Assembly (NCBI RefSeq): GCF_000315625.1
Contig: NW_005434437.1
Location: forward strand, 2,701-54,749
Direction of reading: 5' to 3'
Source: Guillardia theta CCMP2712
Lineage: Eukaryota; Protista; Cryptophyta
Length of the DNA stretch: 52,049 nt
Shown here: in pieces, positions 35,085 to 46,059 of the stretch
How positions within the stretch are numbered: the stretch's first letter is position 1
How the letters are laid out: the number at the start of each line of letters is the position of its first letter
The notes under the pieces: generated by a model
Databases searched by the model: none
What the model saw: only the letters and a program-made list of their open reading frames with translations
Told to the model about the DNA's origin: nothing
Made by a program: the position numbers and the translations under genes

Positions 35085-35370
35085 TAACCTGAACCTAAAC
35101 CACCCGGTTAGTTGAACATGGTGCCACGGTGACTGGCAAGCCTAGCCTCAGCCGGCCTGGCGCCGGGCCGGCGGCCGGCGGGGGCCGGCTGAGTAACATC
35201 ATGTGACTCACACGTTGATCGGACGGTGACGACGGTGCCACGGTGATCAAAGTCGGGAGCCCGGCTGGCCGGGCGCCGGGCGGCCCGGCCCGGGCCGGAC
35301 GTCCGAGCTCGGAGGCCGGGCCGCTGACTGACTCAGAAGGCCCTGCCAGGCTGATTGACGGCCTCGGTTT
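35085..35370. repeat. GC-rich word-mosaic block (CCGG, GGCC, ACGGTGA, TGACTCA)
   Basis: ggtgccacggtga at 35120 and 35234; TGACTCA at 35204 and 35329; many CCGG/GGCC words. Confidence 0.6.
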
Positions 35371-35521
35371 TACTACTTTCTGAGAGCTGCGGAGGCTGGG
35401 TGGTGGGGTATGTGTGAGAAGGGGTACTTTATATTGAAGAAGGGGGGGTATAAGAATAGTTTTAGGGTGGGTGGGTCTTCAAGGAGGGGGGTGGTCCGAT
35501 AGCCTGATGGGTGGGGCGGAT

Positions 35522-37364
35522 ATGCGGGCATGGAAGGAGTATGGAAGAGCAGCGGAGGAGGAGGTAGAGGGCGGAGTTGATAGACTAGGATCAAGAGCAG
35601 CGACACTTCGAGCATGTGCCAGCAGGAGACAGCGGGGAATCCTCCTCTGCTTCCTTGTGCTGTCGTGCAAGGCTCACGAATGCTTCATGCACTCTCCCGC
35701 CTCCCACGTGCAGGAAACGTTTCCTCATCGGTCCCACGTGTGCGTGACGCTCCTCCTCCAGCCCGTAACTGCGAACTTGCGCTTGAGGGGAGGCCAGGGA
35801 GAGAATCCGACGGATCTCAGGATTTGTTATGGCAGGTAAGTAAGCCTGCCGCCACCCACTGTGTTTCGATCGGAACCAGGATATAGGCCAACATCTCACT
35901 TTACATGCAGAGAATGTCCCGCGCCCCGATTAGCCAGCTTCTTCCCTCTTCCTCGAATCTCCTTGCTCCGTCCAAAATCGGATGAGTGAGTGTTTGCCTC
36001 CTGTTGACCCTCCAATCTCACACCCCGGTCCCGATCAGACTGCAAGAGTTGGCGAGCCTTCGGCCTGAGGTTGTCCCTGTTCCCAATCGGAAGACAACTG
36101 CGCAGGTGCGATGTCTGACGAGACAACAACCAGCATCACAGGCCGCTCACCATCGCTCAGGCTTGTCTCTTTGTCGGGCGTCGCCTCAACCCGAGCTTCT
36201 TCCCCGACGGCACTTTCATCAATGAACGCCGCGCCTTGCTGACTGAGAGAATCGATCTGCGAACAGACGACAAGTATTTCATGCTGCCATGCCTCTCTTT
36301 CCTGGTCTCACGTTGTTGTCCGTGTCTGCTCTCTCGTCTCCAGGACCTTCCTGACAGAGTAAACCTGTCTCTGAACCCAAGGCAACGCCTTGCTGATCAA
36401 AGTGTTGCAGGGTGATCAAAGACGACGGGAAGAAATTTTTCGAGAGGGGAAGAGTTTGCTTGTGAGTGAGAAGGAGGTGGAAGAGATCGCAGTGACGTGG
36501 AGGATCAGACGGCGGATGGAATTTCTCAACCTTGACTGGTGCACAAGAACAAGGGTTGACAACTACGTCGTACTTGCCAGCCGAGTAAGCTCAACTGAGA
36601 GACGCTGCAGCTTCCTGGTATCACTGATGCTTGTCGTGCTCGTTACAGTTGTTGGGGCTGTGGACTTCGATGACCAACAAGGTGAGTTGATGATGCTCTA
36701 AGCGTAGCGATGATGTTGGTCAAGATCATATCGGAGGAATATGTAGAAGACAGGAACTATGCCAGAGCCTCGGTTACTTTTGCGATGACCAAGAATCATG
36801 TCTTAGCGGGTGGGAATGGAGTGGGTGTTGTCTTGATCAATCTGATGATTTCTCCTTAGGAGAAGAGATGCTGGCTGTGCATTGGGACAAACAGTCGGTA
36901 TGTGCTGATGTCAATTTTTGGTCAGCCTGACCTATCGCGCATCTTCTCTTACCCCTTTCGCTCGTTCACCCTCCTCGCTCGCATCTTTCTACTACTTCTC
37001 TTGGTTCACAGGATGCAGTAGCATTTGAAGTTTGCAGGTGGCTGCTTCAGTCTTGTTGTTGTGTGCGTGACTGGCTTCAGTTTCTCATGGCCTCTACACC
37101 CCATCGCCAAGATCCTCACCCCCTTGATTCATCACACTCAGGTCTGTGTGGGAAGCCTGGCCGTCAGTCTGATGTCGAATCCCCAGCGTCGAGCAGCTGA
37201 GGGGTTTTGCGAGAGGATGTTCTCAGCGGTACGAGAGCGACGGTTCCGTGTGTAAGTGGCTGCAGTTGGTGCCGTCACGGACTGCTGACAATCGATGGTA
37301 GGAATCAGACAACAGGAGAAGTCTACGATGCAACGCTCTTAGACGAGCTGTAGTTGATGGATGA
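35522..37364 (+). CDS. DUF1990/UPF0548-family protein with N-terminal hydrophobic segment and LRLRGG motif
   Basis: Spliced reading GTFINERRALL...FLNLDW...TKNHVLAGEEMLAVHWDKQSDAVAFE..FSWPLHPIAKILTPLIHHTQRR matches my recollection of the DUF1990 pattern (H..GEE...V.WD...V..E...FS.P). Confidence 0.7.
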
Positions 37365-37470
37365 ATGAGATGCGATACAAGCACCTCACTGGCAATGCCC
37401 CACCACCTTCAATGCATGCCTTGTAAAAGACGATGATAAGATGACCTAACAACCATCTGTCGCAATGAGC

Positions 37471-37690
37471 TCCTTCATCGAGTCTCTGCTGGAACGAATA
37501 CATCCTTCATCACGTCTCTGCTGGAACGAATACATCCTTCATCACGTCTCTGCTGGAACGAATACATCCTTCATCACGTCTCTGCTGGAACGAATACATC
37601 CTTCATCACGTCTCTGCTGGAACGAATACATCCTTCATCACGTTTCTGCTGGAACGAATACATCCTTCATCACGTCTCTGCTGGAACGAA
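37471..37690 (+). repeat. 32-bp minisatellite (tctctgctggaacgaatacatccttcatcacg) x~6.9
   Basis: Units at 37483, 37515, 37547, 37579, 37611, 37643, 37675; no spacers. Confidence 0.95.
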
Positions 37691-37981
37691 ACTACAGGCT
37701 CCCTCTAGCTCGCAAGAGGCTTCGGCTCCTTCCCCTTGCTACTTTGCTGTCCTGCATGCCCTGCCTCCAGCAGGTTGGAGGAGGCAGTACCTAGCCTGCC
37801 TCAGAATGTCTCACTACCCCCACCTTCACCCTGGTAGACCCACCCCCTGCTCTCCCCATTCTTGTTGGTAGGGGGAGTAGGGCCTTGGCGAGGAAGAAGA
37901 GGGAGGAAGGAGGAGGAGGAGGAGGAGGAAGGAGGAGGAGGAGGAGGAGAGAAAGGGAGGAGGAGAGAACAGGAACGATTG

Positions 37982-40900
37982 ATGGAGGACGAAGAGGAGG
38001 AGAAGTTAAAGTTACATCGCATGCTATCTGCAGAGGAGCATGGAATGATTTGATTGCGTGATTGGCATCTTTTCAGTTTATTCTCTTTTCCTCGGTTTTG
38101 ACAACATCTTAGCAGTCTGATGAGAATCTCAGAAACAATCCACTGATTTCACCAATAGCATTGCATTCAACAACCTGAATCCTTGCGTGATCCGTTATTG
38201 GCCTGTTCTACTTCCCCTGAAGTGCGTTGAGTTCAACTACAGCACAATGAATTCTCTCAAGTTTGCTAGCAGCCTCTGCAGAAGTTCCAAACTCATAGAT
38301 TTCGATAGAGAGAAGGAAGGCAAAGCAAACACATATAGTTCAGAGATCAGAGTTGGGCTGATTTAGAAGCAGAGCTCTTGTTGCACACAGCAGAACTAGG
38401 CTTCAAGGAGACTGTCAGGCAACAAGCGTTTCATGATTGATTGTGAATCCAGATGTCTTCAAGTCGACAAGCTATGATAAGATCGTTGGGCATCACCTGC
38501 AAGGTTCTGCCTCTCAGCCACGTGCTGTCGCTTGCATCTGATGTTGGTCACAGTTTGAGAGCGGCTGCCTGACAGTGACTCAAGTTCTCCCCGTCAGTAC
38601 CGCATGTGAACCCCTGCCCTCCTCTGACTTGACTCCAGGAAAGCCCAGCAGCGTTCTCAGGTCAGATTGGAGTGGGAGATCAGATTGATGCGGTGGATGG
38701 CAAGATGATCTCGAGCCTGGAGCATGCTCGGGACCTGCTGGAGGGGTTGGATGACACGCTGGTGGCCTTAGAGATCAGGAAGGACGGAGGGGAGAACGCG
38801 GAATGCCAGCACTTGATCCGGCAGAAGGTGAGCGACTCGACGAGAGCGAGCGAGGAGAAGGTCGTAGGGATGGGCATCCGAATATTTCACAACGAACGGG
38901 GGATGTGGGTGAGTGACTTGTACGAGGGAGGGTCGGCCTACTGGTCGAGCCTCAAGGTCGGTGACCTCATCTGCGCCATCGACGGGCAGGACGTGAGGGG
39001 CTGCAGCGCAGAGGAGCTCCTTCGCTTCACCTCCGGCAAGCCAGGCACAAACATGAAGCTTCATGTCGTCCGCAAGTGGCAGCCAGGGGACGATGTCACC
39101 GGAGTCCTCAGCGCCCGTGGCCTTGCCGGTAGCGGCATCGACCAAGTGCAGTGGGAGGCTGAGCAGGGAGAACCTCTGGTGCATCCCGACGAGAGAATGA
39201 TGCAGATGTTTGTGGTGCGCTGGCAGCTGCTCAAGGAGAACGCGCTGAAGAGAGCTCTGGACTACAGGAGCAGAGTCGTCCAACAACTGCAAATCAGAAT
39301 CGACACGGCGCTCAGCGACAACCTGACTGCTTCCAAACAAGAGACTTGTTACGAGTTGAGGGGAAATGAGAACAGCATCCACTCACATCTTTCATCTCCC
39401 ACGTCTGTTGGAGGGATCTCGGTAGCCGATAGAAGCGGGAACCGAACCCCACATGCTAGCCTACTGGATTCCCCGTCTCTGAATGACTTTGTTCGTATGG
39501 AAAGGCAGCTCGTTTCTCTCAAGGAGCGACAGGAAAATGAGATGTCAAAGTTGCAGTTTCAGATGCGAGCACTGCAGTCTGTCCTCGGCGAAGATTCTCA
39601 TGAAAATGCTCAGCCTGAAGTACATCACAACGGAGATACTGGCACCCGCTATGCTGTGGCAAAGATGCAAGAGCACTTCCAGGAAATGATGGCACAGCAG
39701 AACAAGATGTCGGAGGAGCTGTTTCGACAGATCGAAGAGCAGAAGCAACATCGCAAAGATCAAAGCAATGTTCAATCGAACATTCTAAATCTCAGTGCAA
39801 AGATCAGGGAACTCGAGCTCTTTTCACGTCAGAATGCCAACGAAATGAATCAAAAGATAGAGTTTGTGCGGAACAATTCAGTTCACACGCTGTCGGCTGC
39901 GAGGGCTTACGATGATGCTCTTCCCGATCAGATCCAATCGCATGACGAGAAGGTCAGTGACGAGGCTGTTGGAATATCTATTCACATCGACGCGGAATTC
40001 GACCGAGTCAAGCTTTATGAAGGACAGTTCGCTGAAGACCTGATTGCCTCGTGCTCGTGGAGCGTTCAGGCGACAGAAGCTCGCTTTGTGTTCCGATCCC
40101 TCGAGCGAGGAAGTGTGATTGCCAGGCTTGACATCGTCCCTGACCCTTCCGGAGTCGATCAGCGAACCTGCCGCGAGCTTGCGGAGGAGCTCGCCTTCCA
40201 GGTCGCCTACGCCAACAGCCCCTTCCGCAAGGCTCCCGTGACCCGGCCGGCACTCCGTGTGGAGATTCACGAACCTCAGCATCAGCATCAACGCGTGCCG
40301 AGCTATGGCAGCGAGCGCCAGTCAGCTCCACTAGCGGCCCAAGGCCCTCCGCTAGAGGAGCTGCCCCAGGACTCCGATAGCTCTCCTCTCACCGACGAGT
40401 GGCTTGAAGCTCAGAAGCGCTTGGAAGAGATGCAAGATCTTGTCGGAAAGTTGGCGACAGCAAGGGGGTACTCCAAGGATGAGGCCCTTTCGCCGGAAGG
40501 ATACATGGATGAAGGCGACGACGAGGACGACGGCGTGAAAGATGAACTTTCAGTGCCCGAACTGGCAACCATCATCTCACTTAACGAGCTGGGAGAGCGG
40601 CAAGAAGAAGAGACGTCAAAGTTTGTGCTGTACGACGACGATCAACTGATTTCTCCCATTGCGACTCGCGGTAGGATTATCAGGGATGACGAAGATGATT
40701 CGGAAGAAGAGTTTCCTTATATCACTGGGCATTCTTTTGTCAACATGCCTGGAAGCGACAAAGTTGAAAGATCGATTCAGCACAGAGCTTACAACTTGTT
40801 AGAAGCCGGTCACTCCGCCTCTAAGCCTCTTCAACCGACCAACTTCACTGACACTGCAGCTTTTGTGTCCCCGAGAGTTTCAAAGCATGACAACCAGGTA

Positions 40901-41314
40901 GCTACCAGCAGCCAAGAGAGAAAGTGGAGGGTACTGCCTCAGATGTCGCAGGAGCAGACGCCTAGTATCAACAGCGATTCCTCCTTCGTGAACGAGGGCA
41001 TCATCGCCGTCGGGACAGACAGGATAGACTTGGAGGACGTCTCTTGGCAGATGGTGGAGAGACAACACGCAGGCCCTTCCCATCGCCCTCATCCGCCTCC
41101 TCGTCAACAAGAGAAGCCGAGGGCTAAAAGCTCGTGGAGCTCTGATAGTGATGACAGCGACGATTTCTACGGGCAGCCGACCTCCCTCAGCTTGTTAGGA
41201 GACAAGCACCGCAACATAAGCGCAAGGAAAAGCGCTGGAGGCTACCGGAGCTTTCAGCAAGACAATGCAGCGAGGATGCTAGACTCCGAAACCTCCGACA
41301 GCGACAAGAACTGA
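37982..41314 (+). CDS. Two-PDZ protein with coiled coil, SEA-like alpha/beta module and acidic tail (start uncertain: 37982 or 38453)
   Basis: PDZ1 SLGITCK|F..LTVTQVLP|ESPAAFSGQIGVGDQIDAVDG; PDZ2 VGMGIRI...GGSAYWSSLKVGDLICAIDG...GKPGT; 880-codon final exon. Confidence 0.8.
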
Positions 41315-41629
41315 CGCACTTGAAGAATCCGATGATCTGATTTTATTCTCGTGAGCATGATTGAAGTTTTCAGGACTCAGACCGTCGGACTCCGATCTCT
41401 CACCGTCTTATAAACTTGATAGTCTTGACGCCCGTTGTAACTACTCGCTCTTCACATCAGCCATGGGGCGGGGGCGGGCCATACTGAGGCCCCCGGGCTC
41501 GCTCACCGTTCCGAAGTCACTGAGTTCCGACGTGGCAGTCACTGGCCAGTGGACCGTTTAGTGAGTCGTTACATGAAACGATCAATCTGTAACGGTTCTT
41601 GTCATTGCTTGAGGTGTCACTGCTGTATG

Positions 41630-42010
41630 GAAGTAGGGGTGGGTCCCTCGCTCACACGGGTACCCTATGAAAGGGGGTAGTCAGAGGGTGTCCTACCCTC
41701 TATGGAGACCTTGGCATGTACGGGGTGGGGGGTGATAGTTGACGCTGAAATGGGGGGTGGGGGTGTAAAGCCTCTGGGTGGGCAAAGGCCTTCGGAGTCC
41801 ATTGAAATTGGCTTACGACTCTCCCAGCTGTATTTCCAGTGGGTGGGGGTGATGACCCCTACCCCTTCAAGTATAGGATTAAGCTGCTATCATTCGAGGG
41901 TTGCGAATCGAAACTCATCAGAGGGGGTGATGTGAACTTGGGGGTAGGGGTGGAGGGTCGAAACTCATCAGAGGGGGTGATGTGAACTTGGGGGTAGTGG
42001 TGGAGGATCC
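41630..42010. promoter_or_regulatory. GGGGTA/GGGGTG-rich block upstream of the C2 gene, including a 50-bp tandem duplication (41908-42006)
   Basis: Motif density and duplication seen directly; function inferred. Confidence 0.4.
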
Positions 42011-42469
42011 CTCTGTTATGCTTGAAAGGCACAGGCAGGGCTGGCGAAGCGATGGCGACGTCAGAGCGATAGAAGATGCCGTAGAGAAGAAGAGAGGGAG
42101 GAAGAGAAGAGAAAGAGGAGGAAGAGAAGAAGAAGAAGAAAAGTAAGAGAAGGAGAGCAGAAGTGAGGAATGGTGAGACGAAGGGAGACGGAGGGATGGG
42201 ATGGGAGAGGAAGGGTTGAGTTAAGCACAAGGAAAGTCTTGGCCAGCCAGCCAGCCAGCCAGGCAGGCAGGCAAATAATCATTGATGGAAGTGAGAGGCA
42301 TTGGCAGGACTAGACTGGTAACCAAAAGATGAGAGCGAGTGAATGGGAAGCTAATCCAAGAGCTGGAGAGTGGACCAAGAGACGAGATACTTGTCTGAAC
42401 AAGAGTCTGAAGAGAGTTCGACAGTTTCTGTTTGCGTTGATCTATTGACCTTTGATGCTGTGCAGAACA

Positions 42470-45149
42470 ATGACGAATGATCGTCTTACCGTGCACATCA
42501 ATGAGGCAAAGGGACTCACTTGCGGCTCTCACGGTTCAAACCCAGACTGTGTGCTAAGTCTGCAACTCCTCTCGAAGAACCCCATGCCTGGCCTCAACGT
42601 CACCTACGAGACGACCCTCACGCCCAACAGCAGCAACACTGTCGACCCCAAGTTCAACGAGATGTGCTGTCTTGACGTGGCCAATGCTGCTGACTCGCAG
42701 CTACAAGTGGTGCTGTGGGACAAGGCAGCCCCTGCCGATGCCGCAAAGGAGCAGACGTTTCTCGGAGAGGTCCTGCTCAATGTCGGAAAGCTTGAGCCGT
42801 ATGCCGGGAGGGACATCGAGCAGATTTTCGACGTGAGGAAATCAAACTGGGTGGGACCAAACAAGGCGATCTCCGGCAAGCTCTTCCTCAAGTTGAAGTA
42901 CGACAAGGTGATTCGACTTGAGTCAGAAGTGCGTTTGACTCTGATGGTATGGCAGGGAAATGGGTTGAGAGGCATGACCTTTACTGTCGACAAGGGTGAC
43001 AACAGTCAGAACGTCGCAAACGATCTGGCAAGCTACGGGGAGCAGTTCAAGAACGAGCTTTGCTCCATCTTCCAGTTGAGCGGAGATCAGATTGAGGTGA
43101 GCATGGTAGAACCCAATGACCTCATTGAGAGATCTTTGCGACTAGATGATCGATGTCAAGACCTCTCCTACACCAGGAGTCTTCCAAGTCTGCCTCAACG
43201 TCCTTCCGAGCCCTGTACGTGCGACCTCGTTTCTCACTGCTTGTCGCACTTACACGACGTGTAGGAGGGAAGTCAGCGCACCTCTCTGGTCTGACTGCTC
43301 GGCCTGATGTTCTTTAGCCTCTCCTCACTCTTTTCCAGCTCATAACCGATGAAATCCTCAACGCCTCCAAAGACAAGTCGAGTCCTCTCGCCTCCAGCTC
43401 CGTCATGGCCTCCCTCAAGTCCGTCGCAGCCCACGTGCCGTTCACTGCCAAGACCAAGACCATGACCGAAGACTCTCCGCTTGTCAACGACAGCGTCAGC
43501 GTCCAGACATGGCGACCAGTGAGATCTGCTGCACCTGAATCACAACCATCCCCTGTGCCCCCTCCCTCCTCCTTGCCGCTTCCAGTTCCAGCACCTGCGG
43601 CAGCCCCACTCTCCCCAGCGGTAGCCTCTCTTCCACTTCCAGTACCCCAAGCATCTCCTGTCCGGTCACCCGCAGCATCTATGCCACTTCCAGTACCATC
43701 AGTGGCTACCAACACCATGCAGAAGCCGGCAGGAGTCCAGTCGTCGGCTGCTGCGCAGGGTGAGGGGATCTGCGGTGCTTGCAAGCAGGTTTGCAAAGAA
43801 CTGACGTTGCCGGGAGCTGACTTGAGCTCCAGCCTTTTGCAAGGCACGGGCGTGTCGATGGGAGGCTGGTGTGCCCGGTGAATCAGCTTGCGCTGAGAGT
43901 TTTCAAGATGCTGACGTCACCACAGACCGTGACGTCGGAGTTGAAGCCCAGCTCCGAGGCGATCAAGCCCGCTCCCCAGACTGCAGCCTCCCCAAGCTCC
44001 AACGCTCCTCTCGCTCAAGGGTTCCAGGTCCCCGACAGCTTCGCTCACCTCCGCAAGGACATGGAGGTGCTGCAGGCAAACACGCGGACCTTCTCGTCTG
44101 AGTCGATCAGTGCCGCCAACTTCATCAAGGACAGATCGGCAGACCTCGACAAGATCGTTTACTCGCAGAACCAGGTTGTATCCTCTCTTATCCAATCGTA
44201 CCTAAACTCCTCCTCTCTGATTTCCTCCTCTCTGATCTCCTCTTCTCTGGTCGTCTCGTCTCGACCTCCTTTTCTTGCATCGTCCCCTTGTTTCTGCTCC
44301 TTCTCCTCCTCTCACATTTCCCGTCCTAACTGCATCTTGTAGGCAGCTAGCAAGGACATAAATCAAACGTACCTTGATGCCATGCAGGCCTTCGAAAGCT
44401 TGATGGAGCAGGACAGGAAATTTACCACGAGCATAAGATCCTTCGAGCAGAGTCTTGCAGCCACTAAGAAGACAGAAGTTCCTCCTCCCAGAGTCAACCT
44501 CTCTGCTCCAGCTCCAGCTCCAGCTCCAGCTCCAGCTCCAGCTCCAATGCCGGTTTCAGCACCAGTTCTAGCTTCTGGCTCCTTCTTTCCTTTCCAGCAA
44601 GATAACGCTTCCTACATGGCGAATTTCGTTCAGATCCCCAGCTACGGGGGCTACCCTGTGAACCAAGCGGACTACGCTGCTCCTGTGAACCAGTTGATGT
44701 ACGCTGCTCCCATGGACCAAGCGGTCTACGCTGCTCCTGTGAACCAGTTGATGTACGCTGCTCCTGTGGACCAAGCGGTCTTCGCGGCTCCTGTACCCAA
44801 CGGCGTCGAACTTCATGTGAAGCTGAGGCTGGACGCGAGGAAGGAGACGAACATGGCAGAGTTCATCGGTCTCCTCCTTCAGGACCTCAGCTCCTCTTCC
44901 CGCGTCCCCCCGACGGCCTTCCAAGTGCTCGGAATCCTGGACTCGCAGTTGTCGCCGATCATGGAGCAAGTGGTCGTGGGCAGGGAGAGCGTCTACGTGA
45001 TCCTCTACCTCGCTAACGACGGCTTCTGCGTGCCAGAGCATGTGTGTATGGACCTGAAGCAGCAGATGATCGACCCGGAAAGCCGCCTCCTGAACGGGCA
45101 TGTGACTAGCCAGTTGCTGTCCATCACGAGCCCGTCAGTGAGAGGTTGA
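42470..45149 (+). CDS. C2-domain protein with two SEA-like modules, Pro-rich linker, coiled coil and YAAP repeats (upstream exons possible)
   Basis: C2: LTVHINEAKGL...NPDC...NTVDPKFNE...LQVVLWDK...FLGEV...SGKLFLKLKY; introns link the ORFs to the stop at 45149. Confidence 0.8.
44655..44795 (+). repeat. 27-bp coding repeat with 54-bp higher-order structure (YAAPVNQLM/YAAPxDQAV)
   Basis: Seen in DNA and in translation. Confidence 0.9.
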
Positions 45150-45287
45150 GGATGAGTGAGGTTGACGGTGAAGGGCTGCAACGGGGAGAAAACAACTCAG
45201 ATCATGTCGTCAAGGCATGCACCTTTGTGACATCTACCAGACTTCATGGTTTGTCTAATTTGTAGTGCCAGTAATAAATACTTTGCA

Positions 45288-45797
45288 TCATCTCTTCCCG
45301 TTGGAGTCAAGACGTTCCTGCAGCAGCTTGATGGTCTTCCTCATTGTTTTCATTTGCTCCTCATCAACCTTCACCCTCGACTCGAGGACATCGAACCTGT
45401 TGTCTTCCTCCGACCGCAGCACGTACTTGCTCATGTCAGGCCCCTCCTTTGGTTCCTGTTCCTTGCTCTTTGTCACGTGGGGATACGGGAAGCTGTAGGC
45501 TCCCTCTGGAGCTGGCACAGGCATCGCGTATGCTCCTGTGTAGCCTGAAGGAGCCGCCGAGGGTCCCATGTAGCCCATCATGTTGATCTGGGTGTGCAAT
45601 TCGATTCGCCTCTGACTCGCTGCCGCTGACAACGATGAGGAATGGGGAAGGGAGGAGGAGGAGGAGGAGGAGGAGGAGGAGAGAGACGGTAGGGGAGAGA
45701 CAATGGAAACGATGACGGAGAGGAGGAGGAGGAGGAGGACAAGTGGCGCGGCAAGCTGACGCCATCGATTCGCCTCCGCCATCTTCATCGCTTGCAT
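45288..45797 (-). CDS. Small intronless protein: N-terminal signal/TM segment, poly-Ser, C-terminal coiled coil
   Basis: ATG-to-stop ORF of 169 aa with hydrophobic LVLLLLLLSVIVSIV. Confidence 0.7.
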   Translation of the reverse strand: MQAMKMAEANRWRQLAAPLVLLLLLLSVIVSIVSPLPSLSSSSSSSSSSLPHSSSLSAAASQRRIELHTQINMMGYMGPSAAPSGYTGAYAMPVPAPEGAYSFPYPHVTKSKEQEPKEGPDMSKYVLRSEEDNRFDVLESRVKVDEEQMKTMRKTIKLLQERLDSNGKR

Positions 45798-46059
45798 TGT
45801 GTTGCCCCTTCACTTGGTCAGGGCTGCTGGGTGGGTGGTTAGAACGGAAACGGGGGGTAGGGGTGGTACTGCCATTCACTCAGTTGTCCGCCGGCCTCTG
45901 AAGCTCCGGGGCCCGACGGTGAGTGACTCAAGTGCCAGGGGTACTCACCCCACCCTGCTTTCTCCATTCAAGTACCCCCCTAAAAGTAGGCACCTTATCA
46001 CCAAAGACATACCCCCACCCACCTCGCCCCCAGGAATCGCAGGCTTCGAGAAGGCAACA

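Noticed and set aside
35700-35794. Ubiquitin or ubiquitin-fusion gene
   Set aside because: Only LRLRGG matches; the upstream residues do not resemble ubiquitin.
37471-37690. CRISPR array (32-bp repeats)
   Set aside because: Units are contiguous with no unique spacers, there are no cas genes, and the context is eukaryotic.
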